A stretch of 64,000 nt of DNA from Setoptus koraiensis (Eukaryota > Animalia > Arthropoda): contig CM106585.1 in NCBI GenBank assembly GCA_048013815.1, positions 1,612,001 through 1,676,000 of the forward strand. The letters run 5' to 3'. The translations under genes and the position numbers were made by a program. The notes under the pieces are model-generated. The model was not told the DNA's origin, ran no database searches, and saw only the letters and a program-made list of their open reading frames with translations. The first letter of the stretch is position 1, and each line of letters opens with the position of its first letter. This document shows positions 16,953-30,883 of the stretch, piece by piece.

Positions 16953-19900
16953 TGACCGGCCACTAGATGGACACTAGATAGCAGTGACACACAAATAAGT
17001 GTTGGCCGAGATGTGTCCCGAGTTTGATCAGATCAGGTTTGCCGAGCGCCGGGCCAACGGATAATTTGGGGCGCTGATCAGCGGGCACGGTTGCCGGGAT
17101 CCGCCGATAGGAGCATTGTTTCGCTTCATCTGGCGCATGATCAAGCAATGATAAACTGTAAACTTGATGACACTGACACTGGCCCGCAGTGGCGGCCATC
17201 CGATGCCGTCAGACTGCAACGGCCAGAGCGTCACACGAACAGAATACGACAATAGAACCAGCGGCCAACAATAACGTCCAGTCTAAATGATGTACCGAAT
17301 TCAGATCATGTTTCGTTGCCGCTCTCTTTTTGCCGGCTCTCGCTCGCCCTCGATATCTCACGGCAGCCGTCATATTCTAATCCGTCAGAGCGCGTTTTCT
17401 TTGCCGGCCTCTCGCTCCCTTTACCGGCCGCTCGCTCCTTTTCGGGCCGCTCGCTCCTTTTCGGGCCGCTCGCTCCTTTTCGGGCGCCTCGCGCCTCTTT
17501 TCTCGCTCCACAAAACAAAATATTCCACTCTGCTGGCTAACTTTGTTCGCGGGCCCGCGTGATTCGTTGATGCGGACACATGTATGTGCCAGATAGAGGC
17601 CAATCGCACCGTCCTGATTGTCCCAAAGTGAATCCATGAGCATTGCACCGGCTATAAATAGATGTCCACTGGGCAATTGTGAGAGATTTAACAGTGCCAA
17701 CGTGAAAATATTGAATAAAATGTCGGACACAAAGCAAACTTTGTGGCCGTTTTTGTCATTTTGAGCACAATCCACAAAGTCAACACAACGAGCGACTGTG
17801 CGCCAATTGTGCGCCTCCCTTTGGCCTCTCTTAGGCCTCCATCTGGGCTTCCATTGGCCTCCCTCTGGACTCCATTTGGCCTAACTTTGGCCTGACTTTG
17901 GCCCAACTTTGGCCCAACTTTGGCCTCCTCTCGGGCCCCCCGCTGGGCCCCGTCCACCTGACAGTGAGACCCAGAAGCTCATCTTGTCAGCTGTCACATG
18001 TTGCCGTGCGCGAATGTTGAAAGCATCATTAGCCAAAGTATCTCTTGTCAGATATACTTTTGCCTGCTCACTTCAGTGGCATGTCACCGGTGCAAGATGC
18101 CGGCCGTCTGACAATTGTGAGGTTGCCATTTGACAATTGACTTTTGCACGGACACTGACTGTTAAAACGGCGCCCAACTAATGGCTTACCAATGCGCGAT
18201 TTTGTTTCTGTCTGTGGCCAACGTATAAATGAAAAATTGAGTATCATTGATGGCACGCGATCACTGATAAGTCTGTGTGACAATTATGTAACAGCTACCA
18301 GTGGCAACAATCATAGGCATGTCAACTGTTAGTGATTGGCAATCTGGTTGCTGTCACATCCGCTGCGCGCTCGCTTGCTCAGATCTCCATCGCTGATCTT
18401 ATCTATCAATGCTTCTCGTCGGCAGCAATCGCATGTGTCCACATCATCTGTTCCCATCATCTCGGCGCGGCTCATCCAATCTAATCTCGTCTCGTCTCAT
18501 TTCATCGCGTCTCATTGCATCGCGTCTCATTGCATCGCGTCTCATTGCATCGCGCTACGCAGCGTCGCGCAGCGTCTCGTCCCGTTTGGCCCCATCTCAT
18601 TCCGTCGAATCGCACAATTCATGGCATAAAATAGCGACCTGGCGAGTTGCTTGTTGCTCGCCGTCGGCGCACAGTCTGCCGCGCAGTTTTTCATGCAGTT
18701 TTTCATGCAGTTTGCCGTGGAGTTGTCGTCAAGTTTGTCGTCAAGTTTGTCGTCAAGTTTGTCGTGAGGTTGTCGTGCAGTTGTCGTGCAGTTTGTCGCG
18801 GAGCTTGTCGCCGAGCTCGGCATCGAGAGCCAGTGTCGAGTGTCGACAGTTTGTGTTTGTGTGACGTAAGGTTGTGTCAGCAACTAGCGACTAAATGCAG
18901 TGGCGTTAGCTCGCGTCAGCAACATTAATAATATCATGTCACCATTTGTCAGCATATTTAAACGGGATAGATAGAGAAACGTGTTTGTTTGGCAATATGT
19001 TCGCGCCCCCGTTATACATAAATTTTATTTGTATGCACGGCTTTTGGCGTTGTTTGTCTCTCTCTCTCGGTCTCACTCGGGTCCCTTTTTTGCCCTCTCT
19101 TTGCTTTCGTGTGGCTTGGGGCGAAAAATAATCTCGCACACTCACCTCACAGCCAATTCAAATTGCAAATCATACGCCGTTGTATCATGTCATCATCATG
19201 CATACACAAATAGATAGAGGCGCACTCACCAGTGCCCAATGCATAGGGCGCAAAGAAGTGGGGCCCGGCAAGACAGTTGGCCTGTCAACACTTTGCGCCG
19301 CTATTTATATAACGAATGACGGCACTATATAACGGAACAGATGGATTTAATTTTGAATTTTCCACACTGTTGTTTGCATCCCATTGGGCACGGCACCTTG
19401 CAAACTGTTGTCACGACACGCCAGACAGTGACAGGCCCCATTTTGAGATGACAGAATTGAGTCGTTGCTCATTGTTTCTCGCGCCAGCTCACTCTCTCTT
19501 TTCCAATGAATCTGTTTTGTCCCAGCGACTGCCATCTGTATATTTTGTCTATCTGTATGTTTTGTCTATTTGGCCATTTTGTCTATGTGGCTCATGCTTT
19601 CTCGGCGGCTCGCCTCAAATCTCGGCCGCCCGCTCACCTGGCGGTCAGTCATTGATTCATTGGCAAATAAAAATTTAGAGTTCACCTGTGTCACCAGAGT
19701 GCCTAGACGAGCAGTCACTCCAGTCTAACTCAACCCGACCGTTGCTGGCTAGACCATTGCCATCATCATTATCATCATAATGGTGGTCATACTCATCGGG
19801 CTGATCACGCACTGATAGAGTTATCATTATCGCAGATAAACTCTTTGCTACCTTGCAGGGTATGCAATTTGGGGCCAGTCTCATTATGTAACTCATAGTC

Positions 19901-20422
19901 GGCCAACATTGTATTTTGGCACACACTCGCTAGTTTTATAGCGTATTATATAATATTGGCGAGGATTACCATGTCAGTTGATGGGAGTCGCTTGATATGA
20001 GTCGCTCGATATGAGCGTGGCGAGAGGAAAAAGAGAGCTACCTCTATGCTCTCGTATGTGCTCACTCTCTCTTGGTGGCGCAGTTGTTGCTGGGATTATC
20101 CGGCCATCATCCATTTACAAACCATTTAGCAAATAGAGGTGATTGCAGGTAATGGTTCGAGACACTTTTTTGGCTCTATTCGGCTTTAAATTACGTATTA
20201 AAAGAAGCACATTAAGCGATATAAGTCATCACTAGCGAACCTGCACTGGACCCAACTGGACTGGCCTGGAATAGGCTGATCTAAACTGGACTAGCCTAGA
20301 CTAGCCTGATCTAAACTAAACTAGCCTAAACTAGTCCGGTCCAAAGTGGACTGGCTTGTCCAGACTGGATAACTGTGGATATAACCTCTAACTGTGGATA
20401 TCGGCGTATGGCGGTGGATATT

Positions 20423-20486
20423 GGATGATCGGATGATCGGATGATCGGATGATCGGATGATCGGATGATCGGACGATCGGACGATC
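20423..20486. repeat. 8-bp tandem array GGATGATC/GGACGATC x8
   Basis: Read directly. Confidence 0.9.
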
Positions 20487-20731
20487 GGAGTCGAGTGTCA
20501 TAACTGGTGAGTTTGTGAGTTGTGTGGCGATTCAGACAGCACGCACAAGGTGGCGACACCCGATATTAGATTAATTTGTTGACATGACGATTACCTTGTC
20601 CAACAAATAATCTTTAGCTGCCCCCCTCCCGTGTCCTTGAGCGCCCCGTTCCTTTATTATAATTGCATTTGTGTGTGTGTGTGTTTGTGTTTGCCATTCG
20701 TAATTGACTTGCTGGCGAGCTGATCGTGTCT

Positions 20732-20795
20732 AGATGGTGCAGAGATGGTGCAGAGATGGTGCAGAGATGGTGCAGAGATGGTGTGGAGATGGTGC
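20732..20795. repeat. 11-bp tandem array AGATGGTGCAG x5-6
   Basis: Read directly. Confidence 0.88.
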
Positions 20796-23651
20796 CAACA
20801 CACACAAACTGTCTAGACTGGATATAGGAAATAATAATTCGAGTGGGCACAGGCACACCGCAACAGAATCGATGAGCATGCTAACGGTAATAACGGTGGC
20901 CACTCTCCTTTGATGACGCATACATAGATATATATTATGACGCAATTATGTTGACAGTAACTAGGCCCGGCTGACAATTTTGTTGGACAATTTGTGAGTG
21001 CCAACTCGCGCCAATGCTGCCGAGCAGCCGATCAGCCGAGTTGTCGAGCAGCCGAGTTGTCGAGCAGCCGAGTTGCCGAGTTGCCGAGTTGCCGAGCATT
21101 GACAACTCGTCTGACAATAATATAAAATAGTAATAATTGTTGCGCGCGGATAATACTCTCACAGCCATCATGCATCATACCGTACACACATACATCAGTG
21201 CTACAGCCAGAGCTAGCATCGCGAGCCTTACGTAAGCATCGCACTGCAACAACAACAGCCCAGATAAATAAGTAATAAAAGTGCAATCGGCCAAGATAAC
21301 TTGAGAACGGCACCTATGCACTCGAGCAAAGTCGCAATGTCGCTATACTACTGGCGCAAAAGTAGTGCCAACTAGTTTGTGCCAACGGCAGAACATATCG
21401 GACAGAGGCGACGCGAGGCACGTTCGCCCTTCAAAGTTTCAAGTCGCTTTTGTGCCAGCACCATCAAGGCTGATTATCGGCCTTGGCAAGCTCGCAGTGA
21501 GCGACACCTAGCATCACTAGGCTGCCAGCACTAGGCCGGCACTAGTTGGGCACTAGCTACTAGCTAGTAGCTAGGTCGCACTAGTGAGGCGCCAGCTAGC
21601 TCGCACTAGCGAGGACTAACGGCGACAAGTTGTCTCTCTCTCTGACAAGTGTCGAGACGCACGTCCAATGAAGCTTGAAGTCGGCAGTCAAGTGGAGAGT
21701 GCCGATGCAAACTGCTCAGCTCATTTGCATAACTAGCTTTGTTTTTTCTCATCTGCTCTCTGGTTCGTTTGAGGCTGCACGCTGCTGTCGCACTGTCGTC
21801 ATTGTCGCTGCTGTCACACGACTGACACTCAGCTGACTGCCGGCATCTTGTTTACAGTTTATTTTTCTCTCACTGTCATTCTGACGTATTTGCGAGTTTT
21901 TGCAATATCAGCAGCGAGTATTTACAGCTCACAGTTATTACACATAATAGGTAGTATATTTGCAGCGGCACAATACACTAACTGCAAGCAAAGTCAGTGT
22001 GAAAACGCAAACGATGACGCGATCAAATAACGGCCAACTAGCTGCACCTGTTTTGTTCCGGTTTATTAAGTTTAATTTCGTTGGGTTACATAACGAATTA
22101 TAACTGTGCGCGCGAGTATGCGCGTGACTTGTGAATATAAAGTTTTGAGTATAATTGTAATGAGATGTGATTAGCATGATTATTGCGCAATGATGACAGC
22201 AGTTTTATTATCACTTGGTATTATTAGCTTACTTGTTAGCTAATGGTTGCATCATTTGTGTTTGTGCAAAATCATTTTGGCACGCACAATTGTGTGTCGC
22301 TAGTGTTAAGTGAGTCTCTACACAATGAGTTGCGCAATTTCAGTCGCTCCTCGAAAGAAAAAAAACACACACACACACAAAAGTAACAGTAAATGTGAAC
22401 AAAACACAAGATGAGCCAAAGTAGTTTGCCAACAACGACCACAGTGTAGACACAAACACGTCACAAGTGTATCGTTTTGGCCGCTTTAAATGGCGCCAGC
22501 CATTGATTATGCTCTCTGTCTATTGTGCAATTTGTACCCTCCATCGATACGTTACGTAATATTGGCTGCGTGTGTGTTACATAACGGGCTATATGTTACG
22601 TTATGTGTGTTGTGTGTGTGTGTGTGTGTGTGTGTGTAGCGAGCAGAGCATAGCGAAGCAACCAACAGACAACGGGGGCGTACGAATGTCATTTGTCATT
22701 TGTCCTTGTTGCTGTTGGCTCTCAATCGCGCTACTTGTGATACTTGTGCCACTTCTAACACTGCTGGCCAGCAATTCTTTATGGCGACAAGCAGAAATAA
22801 TGACTAGACAAGATTGTCAGTTGTTGTTATCTTCGTCGCTAAGCAGCCACGCCGACAACAACAACGACAACTGCAGAAACAACTTGTTTGCACTTGAGTA
22901 AACTTTTCAATTTGCTATTGCAGCTCGCCAACATCGGAGCCATCATACACACGCACGCACATATTTGCAAGCTAGGGATGGAGAGAAGTTCTTTCAAAGA
23001 ACGATGAGTTTGGTGTTTGATTTCAGTCGCTATTGCACCATTGGTAATAGTGTAAGTGTCCATATAGCACACACAAATAGTGTGCGTGTGTGTGTGTACA
23101 CAAATTGTCGTTTGTGTCATTGGACAATTTAGCTATAAAAACGATGATGCTGATAAATAAAGCTTTAGATACAATACAAGTATTTGTAAAGTCCAATAAT
23201 CTCCAAACTCGAGCATCGAGACTCGAGTCGACTGCTCGAACAGTTTGCACTCTAATGGTTACCCGCAATTGGCCAAGCGACCACTGGCCAGTAGCGGGCA
23301 CTTGCGACACGACTGTACACGCTGTGGCTGTATATAGGTGAATTTGTCGAGTCGTCGTCGAGCCACTTCCTGTTGTGTGCAAAGATATTCTATGTCAATA
23401 GCAGATAGTCGATAGTAGTGTTTGTTGTGCCGAAAAGAATACAGGTGAGCGCAAACAAACAACAGGTACTAGAGCTATAATGGAGTCATTGATTGAATGC
23501 GCGATTGGGCTCATACATTTCTGTTTATATCATCACTACTGGATTACTAATTACTTACAACGGAAGTCGCACAGAGCGTGTTTGGTAGGGTAGCAATGGC
23601 ACCACAAGAGAGTACTAGCATATTTGTGTTAATATTCGGTCTGTGTGAGTC

Positions 23652-23692
23652 TATATTCACACATGAATCAACCCTATTCATGTGTGAATATA
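23652..23692. repeat. Perfect 17-bp inverted repeat with 7-nt loop
   Basis: TATATTCACACATGAAT-caaccct-ATTCATGTGTGAATATA. Confidence 0.92.
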
Positions 23693-23754
23693 AATTATTC
23701 ACACTTGAATATTTGCAAGATAACATTGCATGGGACTCACAAGGTTAAGTTGTA

Positions 23755-23871
23755 AGGTTACGCTATGAGGTTACGTTATGAGGTTACGTTATGAAGTTAT
23801 GTCATGAGCTTATGTTGTGAGGTTGTGTTGTGAGGTTGTGTTGTGAGGTTGTGTTGTGAGGTTGCGTTGGG
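23755..23871. repeat. 13-bp tandem array AGGTTACGTTATG drifting to AGGTTGTGTTGTG, x9
   Basis: Read directly. Confidence 0.88.
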
Positions 23872-26800
23872 GCGAGTATAAATGAAATAATATGTCTAGA
23901 TGTCATTGCGCGAATATGTTGTGGTCGGTGGTGGCCGATATGTTGCACAGTGACAATGTGCGCGCCATTAAAGACAGGTTAATTTTCGATGATGTAACCT
24001 GTAAAATGATGCCATTGCCAGCACGTTAACAGTGAACTGTGCGCTACAACAACTGCAAGAATGAAGACTGACAGACGAGCGGACACGTGGTTTAATTTAA
24101 TTATCAAGTTTGGGCCCGAGGCAACCGCACAGCACGCGCACGCACTCAGTTGGACGGGGCGCAAAGCAAATAAAGGGAGGATATAGGATATAAAGAGATG
24201 ATTGTTGGCACATTTGGCGTTATTATCAGCTTAGGTTATCTGCCTCGAGTCTGCCTCGAATCTGCCTCGAATCTGCTTCGAATCAGATTGGCCGGTTGGG
24301 CCAGTCACTAGCGGCCAGTCGCTGGCGGCCGTGTGTTATTATTGCTATTATTCAACTTCCGCCACTTCCTGACAACAGTGGGCGCCAGTTGAGGGCGCAG
24401 AGCAAAAACAGTTACTTGTTTGCTCAGCATGCCACACGCTGCTTAGATAATCAGTGGCATGTTTACTTAAATCCTACCCTCACTGGCTCGCTCTCGGCCC
24501 ACGATTTGGCAAGGTGAGCAAGCCGCTTTGCGTCGCTTTTGGCCGTCACTGGCCAAAAGCAAGCCAACGCTGGCCGGCTCGCAGGGTCAGTGGGTCAGTC
24601 GGTTTATAGTGTGCTCGTGGTCAACTAGTCAGCTCGACTGTGTCTCTCCCTCTGGCGGCTGGCGGCTGGTGGCTGGCGGCTGGTGGCTAGTTATCTGTCC
24701 ATTTATTTGCTCCATTTTGTTCGTTTCAGCCGAGCTGAAATAAGCTCTGCTCACTTCACTTGATTTCACATTGGCACTAGCGACTCGCTAGTGGCGCTAG
24801 TAGCACCAAATGAGCAAGCAAATATTACGCTGCTGCCGCCGCAATGTTGTTATCTTAGGGGCACGTGACGAGCGCCAATTGTTGTTAGAACACAAACTGG
24901 ATACTAACGCGCACAATGTTTGTGCGCGCCCCAAAAACCATTATTTGTGGTCGCTCGGATGCCTTATCAATGCACCTGACGTTTAATACCGGGTCAGTCA
25001 GCTGAACTCATTACTTTCCAACCGGCCAATGACGACGACAACAGCAACAACAACAACAACAACAGCACCACTGGCAGCACAATCAATGGCAACATTGTGG
25101 TGATAATCAGACACGTAAACGTTTTTTGTTGTTGCGTAACTAGTGCAAGTGGCTAGAGCAACGCGCTGAGTGGGATGATAATGGTGCGAGAGCGAACGGC
25201 GCCAGCCAGAGATGTTAACAATCTGATCCAGTTCGAGTAATGTGTGATTCAATATTTGCATATTAGATTGGCTTGCATTGCTGGTTGCGCTGTTGTTCTC
25301 ATCGAAGTGGCAAAATCGCGACCAGCTCGCGCCTAACTGGCGCCAAACTAACGGCCAACTCGCCGCCAACTGGTAAAAAGTGGTAAACAAATAAACGAGC
25401 ATGAACCGAGTTTGTGTGAGAGTTGCTAAAAAAATAATTCAAACAACCGCACTGGCGTTGCGTAACCTGTCCCGTGTACAGTTACTAGCTGTATAAGTGG
25501 CACTAGCTGGCTTTGTGTGCAATGTTCGTGCCTCGTGCCAGTCTATTCACTGGCCCCCGCGAGCTACTGGCTGCGAGTAGCTGCTTGACATTTCGTGCAG
25601 CTCATTTCATTAATAGCACAACAGCTGACACGGTTGTTGTTTGAGGGAGAGTTGGTTTGGTTTGAGAGAGAGAGTTCGAATGGCCGATTTCATGGGCGCA
25701 TCTCGTGGGATTTATTTCATTCAAATAAATGATGTAAGAGCATGTGTGATATATGATATTTAACATTTGATACACTTTATCGGATATAAATATCCGAGCT
25801 GTGCGATCATTGCAAAAAGTTGTAGCGAGTGTGCGTCTGCTAGAAGCATCATTGTCGTTGGCTTGCGCGCACCCGGCCAAACTAAATCAAAATTTGCCAG
25901 TGCCTGTGATACAGCCCAGGTGAGCTTGCGCAACATTGCGTCTATCCAGTACATATAGCAGCAGTAGCTGTAGCAGTGCTATAATAGCCAGAGTTACGCA
26001 ATACCAACATTGTAAAGGGACACGTTTAAATATTATCGCAGACTGAGCTATATTTATGAATGTGTCTCGCTCCATTAATAACACTGCACAGTAGCGCAGT
26101 TAAGCTAGCGCGACTAATTGCGAAACAGTGTTCCAAATGACTTTTTACAAGTGGCCTCTCTCTCTCTGTAAGCCGCACCGCTGCTCACGGCACCAGATCT
26201 GGCTAGATGGAGCCAGCTACTGTGCGCTCATCGCGCTAAATGATGCCGTTACGTAAGCTTATACCTACAAGTTACGTGCTTATAACCCGCACTTACGTAA
26301 TAGCAGTGGCTGGCAATACTATTGCCGCAATAGTGAGTGTGTCTAGCAAATAAACAGGTGACGCCGCCGCCGCCAGCAGCATGCAGGCGGCCAAAATGCA
26401 AAGACAATTGACATTCAGGTGAGTCCATTAAGTTTGCCAGTTTGCGCATAAGCCGTCGTTATAACTAAAATTTAGTCCCTGCCAGCACAGCACGGCGCAG
26501 CGCACAGCACATAGCGCCCGTTTGGCACACGTTACGCAACGTGCCAATCTGTCGACAGCTAGCAATACAAGTGTGTAGTATAATACGTACATGTAGTAGT
26601 TTGAGATTATACGATAATATAAGGGCAAACAACAAACTCGATACTCGGCTCACTGCGCCAACTGTGCCAACGATTGTCGTGGCCGTCTTGAGAGAAAGAA
26701 GAGAAAAGAATTATCGCTCAAACAATGTGTGCTTATAATCGGCTAAAAGCACGCTAAAAGTCGCTAGGCGCTAGCTTGCGCACAATACGCGCCATTTACG

Positions 26801-27766
26801 TGCCAGAGATCATTTGTTTGCCATCAAGATAACGCTGCACGAGCCTGCACCTTGCCGTTATAATAATATTATATAATATATAATGGTGGCGCTATATTGG
26901 CCGATGACAGCACGAGAAGTAGTTATCGCAATGAATTAAGTAGCCGTGAGGAGAAGAAATGAAATGGAATGCCATTTGCAAAGTGCTCATTCACTTATAC
27001 ACTGTGCACTGGGCTGTCGTTGCTATGACTAGCACAAAATTGTTTAAAAAACACAACACAACACAACCAACAGCCACTTCTGTCTCACAACTAAACAACC
27101 AAACAACAGCCAGCGGCTTGGCGACACATTCAAACTTTTTTACATTAACGTCCATCTCGAGACAGCGCCAGTTTTAGAGGATAAAATGTTTTAGAGGCAT
27201 TAACATACAGTTGAGAGAGTATGCAGCTGTCATTAGTAGTTAGCATGACATTGAATACTCGCTCTACTAACTCTCTCCCTCTCTCTCGGCGCGTCTATCA
27301 TTTGGCCGAGCTCACTTAACATTCGACGCAAACATTTATCCCCGTTTATCTGGGGGCTCCTCACTCAATGATACTCCCTCGCAGCTGCTGCAACAAATAC
27401 CAGTCGAGCAAAGCATAACTGGCGCCTCTGGTGACAACTCTATACTTGACTACACTCCGGCTCCGTAGCTGGCCAGTTGCAGTGGCGCCAAACATGCTGG
27501 CGACAAGCAAAGGGGCCCAAAGAAAGCGGCCCAAAGAAAGCCGCCCAAAGAAACAGGGTAGATGGGCCAGTTTGTATCTTTAGGCGCCAAACCCCAAAGA
27601 GACAAACTTACAAGATGGAAGCCTCTCTCTTGAAACTTTCTGGCACCTATCAGCCCGAAACTCAAACTGATATAAAAATTGTATCATGCTGACGCCGGCT
27701 TGAACTAATGAGAAAGAGGTCTGTCAGCAATGCAACTTTTATTCACCTTTGTCAAATACTCGCAAT

Positions 27767-27850
27767 TTTTTCAAAATTATTTTGAAAAATTCTTTTTCAA
27801 AATTCTTTTTCAAAATTCTTTTTCAAAATTATTTTTCAAAATTATTTTTC
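27767..27850. repeat. AT-rich 13-bp array CAAAATT(C/A)TTTTT x5-6
   Basis: Read directly; starts with the palindrome TTTTCAAAAT-T-ATTTTGAAAA. Confidence 0.85.
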
Positions 27851-29371
27851 ATAAATTCATGCGCGCAGTGTACTTCGTTTGTTGGTAGGTGTACGCAGGT
27901 TTTTGCAAGCATTCTTTTATTGCAAAATTTTCTTCATCCCTCATTCAGTTCTCAATGAGAACTTCTCATTGGTTGCGTGTCGTTCACATTATCACCACTA
28001 TCGTATGCGTCCCATGAATTATCCAAATATCGTCAGCAACGAGAGTTGGTTTAAAATAAAGTCGGATAAAAGAATATCCATTTCGACAATTTCACCACTC
28101 GCTGTCACAAACAGAGGCTAGTTTTCTCTTGAATCTGACAATTGTGAGAGTGCCCGCTAAAAGGATATATGTACATCACCATAGCTATATTCATGAATTT
28201 ATCTGTCTGTCATGTGCTGGCTAGTGTTCACTTGGGCCCCTGCACCAGCCACACTGACTGGGCCCACTGCCAGACGGACAGACTTCGGATAGCTCCAAAC
28301 AATGAGGCCAACAACCTTCTAAGCCGATACCATCAATACAGACATCAACTGTAAGCTTGTCCCACGAGGGTCACTGTCTGGCTGGCCGTCTACGCCATAG
28401 GACGGGCCACAATCAGACTGAAACCAATCAGATCTAGACTACTTCGACAATAGTTCCCAATTGGCCAGTGAAGGTCGTGCTGAGGCACGCATGTATCTAC
28501 TTCACCTTTTTCTGCGACCTCGAGTCTTTAACTGGTATCTGGCCGCTATAATTGTATGCAGTGTGTGTCGTTGTGGGGCCCCATACTCACAAGATATGGG
28601 GCCAACTTTGGGTCATGTAAGCCCGCTAGGGTGTCATTATGGAAAATGAAATCAAGCAACTAGACACACATGACAGTTATAGAGATTGACATGGCGCGAT
28701 AGTATAATTGACAATTGCGAGACCCCAAAGAATGAGAAGAGAGGAGGTGAAATTGAATTCATAAATTGATTTGTATCGCTGTTGCTGCTGATTTGGGTGG
28801 TATCAGTTGAGCATGCAGTCGCCAGAGGCCGCTCTTTTGCAAGCCTCCCAATGAAGTTAAGTGTTACTATGGGAGCCACGGCTGACCTGGCTGAAATCAG
28901 TTCGGCTACCAGTGGAAGCAATGGGAGCAATGGGAGCGATGGGAGCTAGAATAGTGATCCAGTGGAGCTGTAATTTAAACAGGCGAGGCTCGCGAAGGGA
29001 GCCAGACGGTCATTTTCAACGATAATAGAATGAGAAAGATCAATCAATCATGCCATTCTATCTATGTTATTTGATAGTATAAAGCAGCCCGTTATATTAA
29101 TACAAATGGCGCACAAACATCAGAGCTGGCCAGCATTCATTCATTTGCCCACTGGCCAGCAGCAAGCCAGCACTGACCGGTCTCACTGGCCACACTGGCC
29201 ACACTGGCCAAACTGGCCAAACTGATCAAACTGGCCAGACGCTTATTACTTATAGCTAGCTTTCTGTCCAACACACAGTTGTGTCCACATGGGCCCAGCC
29301 TAGTGGCTAATGATAAGCGAAGGCACACGCAATATGGTCCTTTGTGACCCCACAGCCGAGCACAACCCGAC

Positions 29372-29401
29372 ACAACAGCATCAACAACAACATCGACAAC
29401 G

Positions 29402-29446
<45 letters not shown>

Positions 29447-29522
29447 GCGACAACAACAACAACAGCGACAACAACAACAACAGCGACAACAACGACAGCG
29501 ACAACATCGGCAACGGCAACAA
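29372..29522. repeat. (CAA)n microsatellite, pure (CAA)14 core at 29403-29444
   Basis: Read directly. Confidence 0.95.
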
Positions 29523-30806
29523 TCATGCGCAAAGGGGCGACTGAAATCTATTAAATTAATACATATTAATGATGTTAATCTAAAGTAAAGCAAAACACAA
29601 GTTACTTATTTTGTTGGCGCAAAATTCTTGTGCTACAACAAAGCCGAAGCCGAGCTCGAGCCCGAAGCCCCGAAGCCGGCGCCGGTTGTGGCCGCATGGT
29701 CGCGCGAGTAGCTATTTGTGTCGTTAGTATTGTTTATTTATAGCAACTGTGCTGTCGTTGTCGCTAATGTGTCTTGACATTGTTACGTAACCATTGTGTC
29801 ACCATTGTGAGCATTGTGAGCGTTTTGAGCGTTGTAAGCGACGTAAGCGCATGCATTGAACGATTGTAGAGAACTGGCCAAACTAAACCGGAGCTTACAA
29901 CCGCCAATTAACGCCTATGTTGTCAATTATTATTGATGCTCACAGGGCCATAATTAATATCAGTTCATATTAATAATATTTCTGTGGCTGCTCCACTGTT
30001 CTGTGCCACACACACACACACACACACTCTATTCTGTGCCCGGTGGCATAACTGGCAGACAATGGCAAACAGTGGCAGATTGTGGCAGATTGTGGCACAA
30101 ATGGTGAACAAATTGCGAAAATTGTGCAAATTGCGAAAATTGTGCAAATTGCGAAAATTGTGCAAATTGTGCAAATTGTGCAAATTGTAACAGCTAACAG
30201 CAGTGCTAATAAGCATAACACTTAGGGCAGTAACAAGCAAAGTGGCGATTAACTCGTGCTTGCGAGTCTTATTGCCAAGATTAGTTGATGAGCTAACAGT
30301 GTTAACGGTGAGTGTCTCTGTGCCAACAGTTACGTCATCGCCAATGACCCAATGAGGCAATAGATCGACTGTGCAACATGGACAGTTTAAATTAAGCATT
30401 ATTAAGCAAGCGAGCGAGCGAGCGAGATTAGTTACACCAACGAGCAGCCGAGAGCGTCACAAAGTCAAGTTAAGCTCTCTCTCTCTCTCTCTCTCTCATT
30501 TGAGGGTCGGATAAGCTCGCTTGGCGCCCCTATCGTCTTTTGGCGCCCTCATCGTCAATTGGCGCTCTATAGATCAGCACAGACACTGACATCTTACATG
30601 TCAGTGTCGTCTGTTTTGTATGGATTATGTGGCTCATTTGAGCACAACTGGTAAGCTCATTACGACGCCGCTGATTGACAGTTGGCAGTGTGCACAAGTG
30701 TCAGTTTTTCAACACTGTGTGACAGGCGACACACAACGGACTAGCGAGCGAACCAGGTGATTGCGCAACAAGCAGCCCGCGTTGAGCGCGGCGTCTTACA
30801 GACTCC

Positions 30807-30883
30807 ATTCTGTATGGATTCTGTATGGATTCTGTATAGATTCTGTATAGATTCTGTATAGATTCTGTATAGATTCTGTATAG
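30807..30883. repeat. 11-bp tandem array ATTCTGTAT(A/G)G x7
   Basis: Read directly. Confidence 0.92.
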
